64,000 bases of DNA from Aplysia californica. Taxonomy: Eukaryota. Shown here in pieces: positions 62,421-64,000 of this stretch. Where the stretch lies: NCBI RefSeq assembly GCF_000002075.1, contig NW_004798005.1:266099-330098 (forward strand), given 5' to 3'. Every line of letters begins with the position of its first letter. The first letter of the stretch is position 1. The notes under the pieces are model-generated. The model worked only from the letters and a program-made list of their open reading frames with translations, ran no database searches and had not been told where the DNA came from. The position numbers and the translations under genes are program-made.

Positions 62421-64000
62421 CGCGTCGCGAAAGGAGCATTTTCTCTGTCGCTCCTGCGTCGTTTCCTTTTTTGATTTTTTAAACTTTTGCTCATGCTTGG
62501 TTTTTCTTTGTTAGGGACGACAACTTTGCCCTGACTGATACCTTTACCAGGGAAGGGACAGGAGATATTTTTACAGAGTTTATACGCCTGGCGACGTCCC
62601 TCTCGCTTACCAGACGCCCACATTAGCGACTACTGAGTCCTGTAACCATTCATCCTATTAGCACGTAGGTACACCGTGAGATTAGGATTTGTGTAAGGCT
62701 GATTGACCCACAGTCTTGCATCCCTTTGGCAGACGCTGACCCACAAGACTGGTGTCTCTTTATCGAGGTATCGCTCCTCTAGATCAGTTGTGTTCTGTTC
62801 CAGAACCGCATGGTTTAGATAAACAGGTGACACCTCATGAAGGATGTGACGTTTCGCTCCTCATGCACAAGGGTCTTGAGAAGTATAGAGGTTTGACAGA
62901 TCAAAGTGGACTAACAGCTAAAGATGCGCGCCACTACCACCAGAACCTTGAAGAGAGTGGGGGAGAAGCAACTGTGCTCACTGCTCATAATCCTTTGTGC
63001 GTTCTGCTCTTGGCATCACCCAAACCATACAGGAAACAAAAAGTTAGTTTTTAATTCACACCTCAGTTGTCACGCTACGACAGTCACACTAATACTCGGC
63101 GAACAGAAACCAAACAGAAATACTCAATGAATGTTGATGCTGAACTGAATGACAAACCAAAATCCTGAGGAGACAGCCTAGGGAAGGACTTTACTCTTAA
63201 CTTGTTTGAGCATTAAATTGTGTATGCATGTACAACTATGCAGCATTTGCTCTCCTCAGCTGATCTTACCACATGATAAATGATTTATAGTGGTCATAAA
63301 CAACAGTAGCTCTGATCGTATTATAAGGGCAGATAGTAGGCCTACTCAGTGAGCAAATAATTTAAGCTATGGAACCAGTCGCATTGTTGACTGTTAAGCG
63401 GATGGCAGATAACAGAAACATTTATAATTTGTACCAAACTGTTTGAATATCATTTATAATGTGACTTGAATCATATTCCTTAACCGTGCCATGTTATGGC
63501 AGTCGCTCTTGCCCTCCGTAAAAACTTCAATGCAAAGCGCGCTCACATAGGCGCCCAAATGAAGTGCTAAACATCAGTCTCCCTGTGTCCTTATAGTAGA
63601 GAGTAGGCACAACTCTACGTTACTCTTAATTTTGTTCCAAATAATTTTGTCAAATGGATGGTGCGCACCATAGTGAACCTGGATATATTTTAGTATAATA
63701 ATTGCTAATACATCTTGGCCTATGCTAGCCTAGCACACAACTCCTAGCCTTTGGTTTGTTTTGATTGCAAAGTTTAAAATCAAAGTCGTCTCTTTTCTCA
63801 CGAGAACATGTCATATAAATGCAGTTTTTTCATTTTTCAACTTTTGAACTGTAAGCATGTGCACTCAGTTATTTATGTGAATTTTAATAATAATAGTAAT
63901 ACTATCTCTCTAGTACATCCTTGAGTAAAGACAATCCCACACAGCTTACCCAGACACCCTCGCACACATTAATGAATTCACACAGTTATAAATTCTTACA

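Noticed and set aside
62755-62872. Two minus-strand GAGGAGCGA(A/T)AC motifs resembling minimal Penelope-type hammerheads
   Set aside because: The CUGAUGA core is broken in both (CATGA and CTGATCTA) and no Penelope ORF is seen.
1-64000. CRISPR arrays, rRNA or prokaryotic operons
   Set aside because: None seen; spliceosomal introns and metazoan TEs show this is animal nuclear DNA.

Overview
Eukaryotic, AT-rich, repeat-dense genomic DNA. The receptor family and TE content suggest a heterobranch gastropod mollusc (Aplysia/Elysia-like); this is inference. The window is a tandem cluster of three-exon rhodopsin-like (class A) GPCR genes of the mollusc chemosensory-receptor type, all on the + strand. 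It holds two apparently intact genes (163/205-4757 and 37868-41890, 353 aa from the conserved Met), an exon-3-only pseudogene (12402-13056), an orphan exon 1 (28725-28977) and exon 1 of a further gene (59662-59923). The cluster is built from segmentally duplicated units that share old TE relics. A young full-length Tx1/L1-clade LINE with a 16-bp TSD and poly(A) sits about 0.93 kb upstream of one receptor gene and appears twice (17467-27775, 30081-36920). The two copies lie on either side of a 100-N scaffold gap and are probably two uncollapsed haplotypes. The first copy carries an in-frame 3468-bp internal tandem duplication giving a 2405-aa ORF2 with two complete RT domains. The element also has a frameshifted ORF1 lacking zinc knuckles and a 1.67-kb 3' UTR with two strongly base-paired RNA domains. 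The rest is decayed RTE, L2, Rex-Babar and RNase-H LINEs, tRNA-SINEs, Tc1/mariner relics and microsatellites. Boundaries of decayed TEs are approximate.
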